A stretch of DNA of 64,000 nt from Candidatus Eiseniibacteriota bacterium (GTDB lineage: Bacteria; Eisenbacteria; RBG-16-71-46; JABDJR01). Below the pieces are notes generated by a model. The model was not told where the DNA came from and made no database searches. It was given only the letters and a program-made list of their open reading frames with translations. The stretch is taken from contig CAWANH010000028.1 of assembly GCA_963783375.1 (NCBI GenBank), positions 54,103 to 118,102 of the forward strand. Direction: 5' to 3'. This document shows, piece by piece, positions 53,461 to 62,826 of this stretch. Each line of letters starts with the position of its first letter. Position 1 is the first letter of the stretch. Both the position numbers and the translations under genes were made by a program.

Positions 53461-54389
53461 TCGGACGCCCCATCGCGCACGCGCTGATCCTGTTTCTGGC
53501 CATGGCGGCGACCGTGTCCTGCACCGGAAAGGGCGGCGGTTCCGCGCCCGCCCCCGCTCCTTCGCCCGCCTCCTCCGAGGCCTCGGCGGACGCGCGGTGG
53601 GGCCCCGGGCACGCCCGGGCGCGCCTGATCGCCGACCCCGCCGCCGTCGCCCCCGGCGAGAGCCTCGTCGTGGGGGTGAGCTTCGACATCCAGCCCGGCT
53701 GGCATCTCTACTGGAGCGGCGCCAACGACACCGGGTATCCGATCCAGGTGCGGCCGGAGCTCCCGGCGGACTGGAGCGCGGGGGATCTTCTCTGGCCGGC
53801 CCCCGAGCGCCTGGTCTCACCGGGAAACATCCTCGACCACGTCTACACCGACCGGGTCACCCTGCTGCTCCCGGTCCGGACGGCGTCCTCGGAGACCGAT
53901 TCAGTGACCGTGAAGGCCCGGCTCGAATGGTTGGCCTGCCGGGAGGTGTGCCTCCCCGGAAGCGCCGAGGTTGCGCTCACCCTCGCGGTGCGGGCGAGAG
54001 GCGCGTCCTCCGGTCAAGGGAGCGACGCCCCGCTCCTCGCAAGCAAGGCCCCTCCCGATTCCGACGCCGCGGCCCGCTTCGAAGAGACCCGGGAACGCCT
54101 CCCCCTCCCCCTGAGCGCCTCACGAACCCCGGTGGAGGCGCGCCTGGAGAACGGGGCGGCGGTCGTCGTCGTCCCGGGGGCGGCGCGACTCGTCTTCTTT
54201 CCCGGCACGGATTGCGCCCGGCTGGCCAACCCGATCCGGGATGCGGCCGCCGACGGCAACCGGCTGCGCCTGATCCTGGCCCCCGAAGCCGGATCATCGC
54301 CCCGGGTGACCGGCGTCCTGGAGGTCCGCCGTCCCGGCGCGGACCCCGCGTTCTACACCCTCAGCATTCCACCCCCCGCGGGCAGCTGA
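53457..54389 (+). CDS. DsbD N-terminal-domain-like (ScsB/DsbD-alpha-like) thiol-disulfide protein, lipoprotein
   Basis: GTG 53457 overlaps the previous stop. It has a lipobox (ATVSC). Motifs FDIQPGWHLYW, ARLEWLACREVCLPG fit the DsbD-N family. Confidence 0.75.
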   Translation: MIGRPIAHALILFLAMAATVSCTGKGGGSAPAPAPSPASSEASADARWGPGHARARLIADPAAVAPGESLVVGVSFDIQPGWHLYWSGANDTGYPIQVRPELPADWSAGDLLWPAPERLVSPGNILDHVYTDRVTLLLPVRTASSETDSVTVKARLEWLACREVCLPGSAEVALTLAVRARGASSGQGSDAPLLASKAPPDSDAAARFEETRERLPLPLSASRTPVEARLENGAAVVVVPGAARLVFFPGTDCARLANPIRDAAADGNRLRLILAPEAGSSPRVTGVLEVRRPGADPAFYTLSIPPPAGS

Positions 54390-54415
54390 TTTCCCGCGGC
54401 ATCGAAGGAGCCACC

Positions 54416-55126
54416 ATGTCGAGCACCCATCGCATCCGCATCCTTGCCGCCTGCGCCGGCCTCACCGTCTTCACCCTGATTTCCGGATGCACCGGGAACC
54501 AAGCCGCCGGGGACCGGAGCGCCGGGGCGGGAGAAACCGCGGCAAACCCGGAGACCGCCGTCGCGGCCTCGGATACTCCGCTCCAGGTCGCCCAGGTCGG
54601 AAAGCCCGCTCCCGACTTCACCCTCACCGACACCGAGGGGAAGACCCACCGGCTGAGCGACTACACCGCCCAGGGAAAGGTCGTGGTACTGGAGTGGTTC
54701 AACCCCGACTGCCCCTTCGTGCAGAAGCAGCACAAGCGGACCCACAACATGATCGAGACCCAGGCCATGGCCGCGAAGATGAGCGTGGTCTGGCTGGCGG
54801 TGAACTCCAACGCGCCCGGGAAGCAGGGATCGGGGTTGGAGCGGAACCGGAAGGCTAAGGACGAATACGAGATGGACTATCCCATCCTCATGGACGAGGA
54901 CGGACGGGTGGGGCGGCTCTACCGGGCCAAGACCACGCCCCAGATGTTCCTGATCGACGCCGAGGGGATCCTCCTCTACGACGGGGCCATCGACAACGAT
55001 CCGAGCCCGGACAAGCTGGGAACGGTGAACTACGTGAAGCAGGCGCTCACCGAGCACGCGGCGGGAAAGGCGGTCAGCGAGGCCGAGACCAAGTCCTACG
55101 GGTGCAGCGTGAAGTACGCGAGCTAG
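54416..55126 (+). CDS. Redoxin/thioredoxin-fold lipoprotein (TlpA/AhpC-TSA-like)
   Basis: GAAGGAG RBS, then ATG 54416 and a lipobox (LISGC). APDFTLTDTEGKTHRLSDY..KVVVLEWFNPDCPFV and TPQMFLID are present. Confidence 0.85.
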   Translation: MSSTHRIRILAACAGLTVFTLISGCTGNQAAGDRSAGAGETAANPETAVAASDTPLQVAQVGKPAPDFTLTDTEGKTHRLSDYTAQGKVVVLEWFNPDCPFVQKQHKRTHNMIETQAMAAKMSVVWLAVNSNAPGKQGSGLERNRKAKDEYEMDYPILMDEDGRVGRLYRAKTTPQMFLIDAEGILLYDGAIDNDPSPDKLGTVNYVKQALTEHAAGKAVSEAETKSYGCSVKYAS

Positions 55127-55231
55127 CCCGGTAGGACCGCCGGACGGCCCCTGGCCTCCGCGTCATGGGCCGGAGTTCTCCGAAGTAACCGCGGGATCCG
55201 CGTCGCCACCCGAACGACCCCGCGCCACCCG

Positions 55232-56714
55232 CTACCGCAGCGCGGTCGCGGTCTCCCGGAGGAGCGCCCAGGTGAGGGCGACGTCCTCGGGGGTGGTGCG
55301 GAGGTTCCCCACCGCGAGCCGGAGGCCGAACCGGCCCCGGACCACCACGTGGGAGAGAAACGCCTGCCCGGAGGCGTTCACCGCCTCCAGGAGGGCCCGG
55401 TTGTGGGCCTCGATCGCCGGCTCTTCCGGGATGAGGTCCCCGGGGCCGGCATCCTCCGCGCGGGCCGGGGTGACCACGGCCGGGGGGATGTGGCGGAAGA
55501 GCACGGTGCTCATGGGGGCGGGGGCCAGCCGCTCCCAGTCCGAGGCCTCGTCCACCCACCCGGCGAAGGTCTGCGCCATCTCCACCGCGGCGCGGATCCG
55601 CTCCGCGACGCCCTCGGTCCCGAAGGTCCGAAGCACCATCCAGAGCTTGAGCGCCCGGAATCGCCGCCCCAGGGCCGGCCCGTAGTCCATGAGGTTCCGG
55701 GCCGTGCCCTGTTCGGGGGTCATGAGATAGGGCGGCACCAGGGAGAAGGCCTCGCGGATCACCTCGGGGCGCCGGCAGTAGAGCGCGCTGAGATCGATCG
55801 GCACGAAGAGCCACTTGTGGGGGTTCACCACGAAGCTGTCGGCGCGGTCGCATCCCTCCAGTACCCAGCGGTACTCGGGAACCGCCGCCATGGCTCCGCC
55901 GTAGGCCCCGTCCACGTGGAGCCAGATCCCCTCGCGCTGGCAAAGGTCGGCGATGGCGGGGATGGGGTCGATGCTGGTGGTGCTGGTGGTGCCCACCGTG
56001 GCCGAGACCGCCATCGGAACCCAACCGGCGCGGCGGTCCTCGGCCACCGCCCGGGTGAGCGCCGCCACGTCCATCCGGAACTCCGGGTCGGTGGGGATCC
56101 TCCGCACCCCGTCCTGGCCGAGCCCCAGGGTGAGGGCCGCCTTCTCCACCGAGCTGTGGGCCTCCTCGCTGGTGTAGAGCCGGAGCCGGGGGCCGCCGGC
56201 CAGCCCGCGCTCCCGCACCGCACCTCCGGTCGCGGCCTGGCGCGCCGCGGCGAGAGCCACCAGGGTGGAAACGCTCGCGGTGTCGTTGATGTGCCCGTCG
56301 AAGGTGTCGGGGAGCCCCAGCATCCGGCGAAGCCAGCCCAGGGCGGTCACTTCAAGTTCGGTGGCCGCGGGGGAGGTCCGCCAGAGCATGGCGTTGACGT
56401 TCAGGGCGGCGGTGAGCGCCTCTCCGAGAATCCCGGGCGCGCTTCCGGTGATCGAGAAGTAGGCGAAGAACCGAGGGTGGTTCCAGTGGGTGATGCCGGG
56501 AACCAGGATCTCCCGGAAGTCGCGGAGGGTCTCGTCCGAGGGGGACGGGACGGGCCGGAGGCTCCGCGGGAAGGGCCGCGGCGATCTCCCCGGGTCGGGT
56601 GCGGGCCAGGACCGGGTAGTCCCGGATGCGCTCCAGGTAGTCGGCGATCCAGTCCACCACCTCACGGCCGTGGCGGCGAAACTCCTCGGGACTCAGATCG
56701 CCCTGGCTCTCCAT
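55232..56714 (-). pseudogene. Pyridoxal-dependent (group II, aromatic-L-amino-acid-type) decarboxylase, split by a frameshift at G-run 56540-56544
   Basis: The N-terminal 50-odd codons, with a GGAGGAG RBS and ATG 56714 (MESQGDLSPEEFRRHGREVVDWIADYLERIRDYPV...), are in one frame. The remainder (…DETLRDFREILVPGITHWNHPRFFAYF…NPHKW…) is in the frame of ORF 55232..56665. Confidence 0.8.
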
Positions 56715-56977
56715 GCCGCTTCTCCTCCGGGGGTTCGGGCCGCGCCGGCCCGCCCCTCTTCCCGGGCTAATTCATTCCGGGATAGCCGTTTAGAATCGAC
56801 CAAGACCATTCAAGACCCGCTCCCCCGTCCCGTCAACCACAAACCCCGGGGCATGCGGCGGTCTTGCCCCCGAATCCCGCGATCCGTAGACTCTATGGGT
56901 TGTCCCTTAAACTGTGAGAGTTTGGGCGTGATGGCGCCCCATTATCCTCCTTTGGCTCACCCTGGAAGGACCACGCG

Positions 56978-59659
56978 ATGGCAGTGCATGACTTCGATCC
57001 CCCCGAGGGGCTGGATCTCGAGCAGCTCGAGATCGAGGAGTGGCTGGACTCCCTGGACTACGTGATCAAGACCGGGGGGGCGGAACGGGTCCAGAAGCTC
57101 CTCCGCCGGCTCCAGCACCGGGCGGCGGAGTTCGGCATCTCCCTCCCCTTCACCGCCAACACCCCCTACATCAACACGATCCCGCGGACCCACCAGCCGC
57201 GCTTCCCCGGAAACCGGGAGATCGAGCGGCGGATCAAGAGCATCATCCGCTGGAACGCCATGGCCATGGTGGTGCGGGCCAACCGGGAGTCGAGCGGGAT
57301 CGGCGGGCACATCTCCACCTACGCCTCGGCGGCCACGCTCATCGAGGTGGGGTTCAACCACTTCTTCCGGGGGAAGGACGACCCCTCGGGCGGCGACCAG
57401 GTTTACTTCCAGGGGCACGCCTCGCCGGGGATCTACGCCCGGGCGTTCCTGGAGGGGCGCCTCACCGAGGCCCAGCTCCAGAACTTCCGCCGGGAGCTCA
57501 AGCCCGGGGGCGGGCTCTCCTCCTATCCCCACCCCTGGCTCATGCCCAGCTTCTGGGAGTTCCCCACCGTCTCCATGGGGCTCGCCCCCATCACCGCCAT
57601 CTACCAGGCCCGGTTCAACCGGTACCTGGAGGACCGGGGGCTCCTGGAGCACTCGGGAAAGGTGTGGGCCTTCCTGGGGGACGGGGAGCTGGACGAGCCC
57701 GAGGCCCTGGGCGCGATCAGCCTGGCCTCCCGGGAGAAGCTCGACAACCTGATCTTCGTGGTGAACTGCAACCTCCAGCGGCTGGACGGACCGGTCCGCG
57801 GGAACGGCAAGATCATCCAGGAGCTGGAAGCCACCTTCCGCGGCACCGGCTGGAACGTGCTCAAGGTCATCTGGGGGGCGGACTGGGACCTGCTGCTTCA
57901 GAACGACCCGGACGGGATCCTGGTCCAGCGGATGGAAGAGGCGGTGGACGGCGACTACCAGAAGTACAGCGTGGAATCCGGCGCCTACATCCGCGATCAC
58001 TTCTTCGGCCGGGACCCCCGGCTGTCGAAGCTGGTCGAGCACCTCACCGACGAGGAGATCCGGAAGCTCCGCCGCGGCGGCCACGACCCGGAAAAGGTCT
58101 ACGCGGCCTACAAGGCCGCCTTCGACCACAAGGGCCAGCCCACGGTGATCCTGGCCAAGACCATCAAGGGGTACGGTCTGGGCGAGGCGGGCGAGGGGAA
58201 GAACATCACCCATCAGCAGAAGAAGCTGAACGAGGTCGAGGTGCGGGAGTTCCGTTCCCGCTTCGGCATCCCCATCTCCGACGACGAGGTGGGGGCGGCT
58301 CCCTTCTACCGCCCGTCGGAGGACAGCCCGGAGATGCGCTACCTCCACGACCGGCGGAAGAAGCTGGGGGGGTACCTTCCCGAGCGGCGCGTGCGCGCTC
58401 CCAAGGGGGAGGCGGTTCCCTCGGAGCTCTTCAAGGAGTTCCTCGAGGGCTCGGAGGACCGGGAAGCGGCCACCACCATGGTGTTCGTGCGCATCCTGGC
58501 CAAGCTCCTGCGCGACAAGTCGATCGGTAAGTACATCGTCCCCATCGTCCCCGACGAGGCCCGCACCTTCGGCATGGAGGCGCTCTTCCGCCAGGTCGGG
58601 ATCTACTCCCACGTCGGGCAGAAGTACGAACCGGTGGACCGCGAGACCCTCCTCTACTACAAGGAGGCCACCGACGGTCAGATCCTGGAGGAGGGAATCA
58701 CCGAGGCCGGCTCCATGGCCTCGTTCGTGGCCGCCGGCACCGCCTACGCCACCCACGGGGTCAACACCATCCCCATCTTCCTCTTCTATTCCATGTTCGG
58801 CTTCCAGCGGATCGGCGACCTCGTCTGGCTGGCCAACGACATCCGCTGCCGGGGATTCCTGATCGGGGCCACCGCCGGACGGACCACCCTGGCCGGCGAA
58901 GGGCTTCAGCACCAGGACGGCCAGAGCCACCTTCTCGCCTACCCGAGCCCCAACGTGCGGGCCTACGACCCCGCCTTCGCCTACGAGATCGCGGTGCTGG
59001 TGGAGGAGGGGATCCGGGAGATGGTCGAGGAGCAGAAGCCGGTCATCTACTACCTCACGGTGGAGAACGAGCCCTATCCCATGCCCACCATGCCCGAGGG
59101 CGTGAAGGAGGGGATCCTCCGCGGGCTCTACCGGTTCAAGCCCTCCACCCGGAAGGGGAAGAAGAAGCGGGTCCAGCTCCTGGGGAGCGGGGCCATCATG
59201 CGGGAGACCCTGAAGGCCCAGGAGATGCTGGAGTCCCGATACGGGGTGACCGCCGACGTGTGGAGCGTCACCAGCTACAAGGAGCTCTTCACCGACGCCC
59301 TGGAGGCCGAGCGCTGGAACCTGCTCCATCCCGGCGAGCCGCCGCGCGTGCCCTACGTGCGGGAGGTTCTCGGCGACAAGCCGGGGGCGGTGGTGGCGGC
59401 CTCGGACTACACCAAGGCCCTCCCGGAGTCGGTGGGCAAGTGGATCCCCGAGCCCTTCCTGGCCCTGGGGACCGACGGTTTCGGGCGGAGCGAGGACCGG
59501 GCGTCGCTCCGCGAGTTCTTCGAGGTGGACGCGCGGTTCATAACCCTGGCCGCGTTGACCGCGCTCTGCCGGACCGGCGCGGTGGAATCCGCGGCGGTGG
59601 TCCAGGCGGTCAAGGATCTGGGTATCGACCCCGAAAAGGCCAACCCCATGATTTCGTAG
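56978..59659 (+). CDS. aceE: Pyruvate dehydrogenase E1 component, homodimeric type
   Basis: 893 aa. Motifs EWLDSLDYV, RWNAMAMVVRAN, GGHISTYASAATL and FLGDGELDEPE are typical of AceE. Confidence 0.95.
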   Translation: MAVHDFDPPEGLDLEQLEIEEWLDSLDYVIKTGGAERVQKLLRRLQHRAAEFGISLPFTANTPYINTIPRTHQPRFPGNREIERRIKSIIRWNAMAMVVRANRESSGIGGHISTYASAATLIEVGFNHFFRGKDDPSGGDQVYFQGHASPGIYARAFLEGRLTEAQLQNFRRELKPGGGLSSYPHPWLMPSFWEFPTVSMGLAPITAIYQARFNRYLEDRGLLEHSGKVWAFLGDGELDEPEALGAISLASREKLDNLIFVVNCNLQRLDGPVRGNGKIIQELEATFRGTGWNVLKVIWGADWDLLLQNDPDGILVQRMEEAVDGDYQKYSVESGAYIRDHFFGRDPRLSKLVEHLTDEEIRKLRRGGHDPEKVYAAYKAAFDHKGQPTVILAKTIKGYGLGEAGEGKNITHQQKKLNEVEVREFRSRFGIPISDDEVGAAPFYRPSEDSPEMRYLHDRRKKLGGYLPERRVRAPKGEAVPSELFKEFLEGSEDREAATTMVFVRILAKLLRDKSIGKYIVPIVPDEARTFGMEALFRQVGIYSHVGQKYEPVDRETLLYYKEATDGQILEEGITEAGSMASFVAAGTAYATHGVNTIPIFLFYSMFGFQRIGDLVWLANDIRCRGFLIGATAGRTTLAGEGLQHQDGQSHLLAYPSPNVRAYDPAFAYEIAVLVEEGIREMVEEQKPVIYYLTVENEPYPMPTMPEGVKEGILRGLYRFKPSTRKGKKKRVQLLGSGAIMRETLKAQEMLESRYGVTADVWSVTSYKELFTDALEAERWNLLHPGEPPRVPYVREVLGDKPGAVVAASDYTKALPESVGKWIPEPFLALGTDGFGRSEDRASLREFFEVDARFITLAALTALCRTGAVESAAVVQAVKDLGIDPEKANPMIS

Positions 59660-59798
59660 AGGGCGGGCTGGCGCGCGCGGGCAGTCCGCGGGCGCGGGCG
59701 ACGGCCGGGAGGAAACGCGATCCCGGGACGACCTGCCGAAAGCAACGACGCCGGGCGTCCCTCGGGACGCGACTCCGAACGCGGAAGGAACGTGAAGC

Positions 59799-61277
59799 AT
59801 GGTCAAGGAAATGAAGCTCCCCGAGCTGGGGGAGAACATCGAGTCCGCCCAGGTTCTCTCGGTCCTCGTCTCTCCGGGGGACACCGTGGAGAAGGATCAG
59901 GCGGTGATCGAGCTGGAGACGGACAAGGCCACCGCCGAGGTCCCCTCCGAGGTGTCGGGGGTGGTGAAGGAAGTCCGGATCAAGGAGGGGGACGAGATCA
60001 AGGTCGGCCAGATCATCCTCACCGTCGAGGAGAACGGGGCCGGACCGGCGGAGACGCCGGCGGAAGCGTCGGCCGGGGCCTCGAAGCCGGCGCCGGCGAA
60101 GAAGGCGAAGGCGGCGGAGGCCGCCGAAGCGCCCGGGGAAGCTCCGGCCGCGCGGGAAGAGGCCGCGCCGGATCGCGCGGTGGCCGCGCCCGGAGCCGGG
60201 AAGAGCGCCCCGGAGCGGAAGGAGGCCGCGCCCCGCGAGACCCCTCCCGCGCGCGGTGAGGTCGTCGCGTTCCCGGGGGGAGCGCGGGAGGAGGGCGAGG
60301 GGCGGACCGGGGTCCGGGGATCCTCGGCCCCGGCCGAGATCGGACGGGTGGCCCCCGCCGCGCCCTCGGTCCGGCGGTTGGCCCGGGAGCTGGGGGTCGA
60401 CGTGGAGGAGGTGCCCGGCACCGGTCCCGGCGGCCGGATCTCCCAGGACGACGTGAAGGCATACGTCCGCTACCTGGTGTCGGCCGCCGGGCGGCAGAAC
60501 GGCGGCGGTCCGGCCGTCGCGGGCGGGGCGGGCTTCGCCACCCCCGAGCTTCCCGACTTCAGTCCCTGGGGCGAGGTCGAGCGGGAGCCGGCCACCAAGC
60601 TCCGCCGGCTGACCGGCGAGGCGATGTCCGTCTCCTGGCGCACCATCCCTCACGTCACCCAGTTCGACCGGGCCGACATCACCGAGCTCGAGGCCTGGCG
60701 GAAGCGCCGCGCCGCGGGGGGCGAGGACGCGACCAGGATCACGGTCACCGCGGTGGCGGTCAAGGTGGCGGCGGCGGCGCTTCGACGCTTCCCCCGGTTC
60801 AACGCCAGCTACGACGACCGCGAACACGAGATCGTGCTCAAGAAGTACGTGAACGTGGGGGTGGCGGTGGACACCGACCGCGGGCTCCTGGTTCCGGTGA
60901 TCCGCGACGCCGACCGGAAGGGCATCCTGGCCATCGCGGCGGAGCTCGCCGAGCTGGCGGAAAAGGCGCGGACCAGGAAGATCTCCGCCGAGGAACTCCA
61001 GGGGGCCAACTTCAACATCTCGAATCTCGGCGGGCTCGGAACCACCAACTTCTCCCCCATCGTGAACTGGCCCCAGGTCGCGGTGCTGGGGATGGGACGG
61101 GCGACCCGCGAGGCGGTGTACCGGGACTCCGCGGCCACGACGCCCGAGCCCCGGCTCATCCTCCCCCTGGGCGTCTCCTACGACCACCGGGTAATCGACG
61201 GCGCCGACGCCGCCCGGTTCCTCCGCTGGTTCGCCGAGGCCCTGGAACAACCCCTGCTTCTCGCCCTGGAAGGCTGA
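59799..61277 (+). CDS. aceF: Dihydrolipoamide acetyltransferase (E2) of a 2-oxoacid dehydrogenase complex
   Basis: A single lipoyl domain (VIELETDKATAEVPSEVSGVV), an Ala/Pro linker, a PSBD (APSVRRLARELGVDVEEVPGTGPGGRI) and a catalytic domain (DHRVIDGA). Confidence 0.95.
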   Translation: MVKEMKLPELGENIESAQVLSVLVSPGDTVEKDQAVIELETDKATAEVPSEVSGVVKEVRIKEGDEIKVGQIILTVEENGAGPAETPAEASAGASKPAPAKKAKAAEAAEAPGEAPAAREEAAPDRAVAAPGAGKSAPERKEAAPRETPPARGEVVAFPGGAREEGEGRTGVRGSSAPAEIGRVAPAAPSVRRLARELGVDVEEVPGTGPGGRISQDDVKAYVRYLVSAAGRQNGGGPAVAGGAGFATPELPDFSPWGEVEREPATKLRRLTGEAMSVSWRTIPHVTQFDRADITELEAWRKRRAAGGEDATRITVTAVAVKVAAAALRRFPRFNASYDDREHEIVLKKYVNVGVAVDTDRGLLVPVIRDADRKGILAIAAELAELAEKARTRKISAEELQGANFNISNLGGLGTTNFSPIVNWPQVAVLGMGRATREAVYRDSAATTPEPRLILPLGVSYDHRVIDGADAARFLRWFAEALEQPLLLALEG

Positions 61278-61281
61278 ACCG

Positions 61282-62697
61282 ATGCCCGACACCCAGATGA
61301 CCCGGGTCGCGGTGCTCGGGGGAGGACCGGGGGGCTACGCCGCCGCCTTCCTCGCCGCCGACCTGGGAATGGAAACCGTGCTGATCGACCCGGAAGCCAA
61401 CCCGGGCGGGGTGTGTCTCTACCGCGGATGCATCCCCTCCAAGGCGCTTCTCCACGTGGCCAAGGTCATCCACGAGTCGCGGGCCGCCGCGGACTGGGGG
61501 GTGACGTTCGAGGAGCCGCAGATCGACCTCGATCGGGTTCGCGCCTGGAAGAGCGAGGTGGTCGAGAAGCTCACCGGGGGCCTCGGGCAGCTCGCGCGGA
61601 AGCGCAACGTCACCTACATCCGGGGGACGGGCCGGTTCGAGAACCCCCGGAGCCTCCAGGTGGAGACCGAGGTGGGCACGGTGCGGGTGGGGTTCCGGGA
61701 CGCGGTGGTGTCCACCGGGTCGCGCCCCGCCGAACTCCCCTTCGCCCCGAAGAGCGGACGCATCATGGACTCCACCGCGGCCCTGGATCTCCCCGACGTT
61801 CCCGAGCGGCTCCTGGTGGTGGGAGGCGGCTACATCGGCCTGGAGATGGGCTCGGTCTACGCCGCGCTCGGCAGCAAGGTGACGGTGGTGGAGATGATGG
61901 GGAGCCTCCTCCCCGGGGTGGATGCGGACCTGGTGCGGCCCCTGGCCCGGCGGGTCGAGACCGATTTCGAGGCCGTCCACCTGGGGACGCGCATCGTCTC
62001 CATGGAGGAGACCGCTTCCGGGGTGGCGGTGGTCCTGGACGGAGCGGTGGAGGAGAAACGCCAGACCTTCGACCGGGTGCTGGTCTCGGTGGGGCGGAAG
62101 CCGAACTCGTCGAAGCTTGGCCTGGAGGGGACCGCGGTCCGGGTGGACGAGCAGGGCTTCATCCGGGTGAACGGCCAGCGCCGCACCCACGAGCCCTCGA
62201 TCTACGCCATCGGCGACGTGGCCGGCCAGCCCATGCTGGCCCACAAGGCGTCCCACGAGGGGAAGACCGCGGTCGAGGCCATCGCCGGCCACAAGGCGGT
62301 CTACGAGCCCGCCGCCGTCCCCGCGGTGGTGTTCACCGATCCCGAGGTGGCGTGGTGCGGGCTCACCGAGACCGAGGCCAAGGCCCGCGGGATCCCGATC
62401 GAGGTCGGGCGCTTCCCCTGGGGGGCTTCCGGCCGCGCGCTCACCCTGGGCCGCGCCGACGGGCTCACCAAGGTGCTGGTGGAGCCGGGTTCCGGGCGCG
62501 TGCTCGGGGTGGGGATCGTCGGCCCCGGCGCGGGAGAGCTGATCGCCGAGGGAGTCCTGGCGGTGGAGATGGCCGCCACCGCGCGGGACCTGGACCTCAC
62601 CATCCACCCCCACCCCACCCTCTCCGAGACCATGATGGAAGCCGCGGCCACCATCTTCGGCACCGCCACCGACGTGTACAAACCAAGGCGAAAGTAG
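61282..62697 (+). CDS. lpdA: Dihydrolipoyl dehydrogenase (E3)
   Basis: VAVLGGGPGGYAAA, the redox disulfide GGVCLYRGCIPSK, a second Rossmann VVGGGYIGLE, and the C-terminal HPHPTLSE. Confidence 0.95.
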   Translation: MPDTQMTRVAVLGGGPGGYAAAFLAADLGMETVLIDPEANPGGVCLYRGCIPSKALLHVAKVIHESRAAADWGVTFEEPQIDLDRVRAWKSEVVEKLTGGLGQLARKRNVTYIRGTGRFENPRSLQVETEVGTVRVGFRDAVVSTGSRPAELPFAPKSGRIMDSTAALDLPDVPERLLVVGGGYIGLEMGSVYAALGSKVTVVEMMGSLLPGVDADLVRPLARRVETDFEAVHLGTRIVSMEETASGVAVVLDGAVEEKRQTFDRVLVSVGRKPNSSKLGLEGTAVRVDEQGFIRVNGQRRTHEPSIYAIGDVAGQPMLAHKASHEGKTAVEAIAGHKAVYEPAAVPAVVFTDPEVAWCGLTETEAKARGIPIEVGRFPWGASGRALTLGRADGLTKVLVEPGSGRVLGVGIVGPGAGELIAEGVLAVEMAATARDLDLTIHPHPTLSETMMEAAATIFGTATDVYKPRRK

Positions 62698-62826
62698 GCG
62701 GATTGAGGGGCGGGCTCCGGCTCCCCCCTGGTCGCAAGTCCATCCCCCGCGTGAACCGGGCCCTCCGCGCGTATACAATGGCTCGTCCCCCGGGTCCGCT
62801 CGCTCATCGGGGAGGAGTTCATCACG

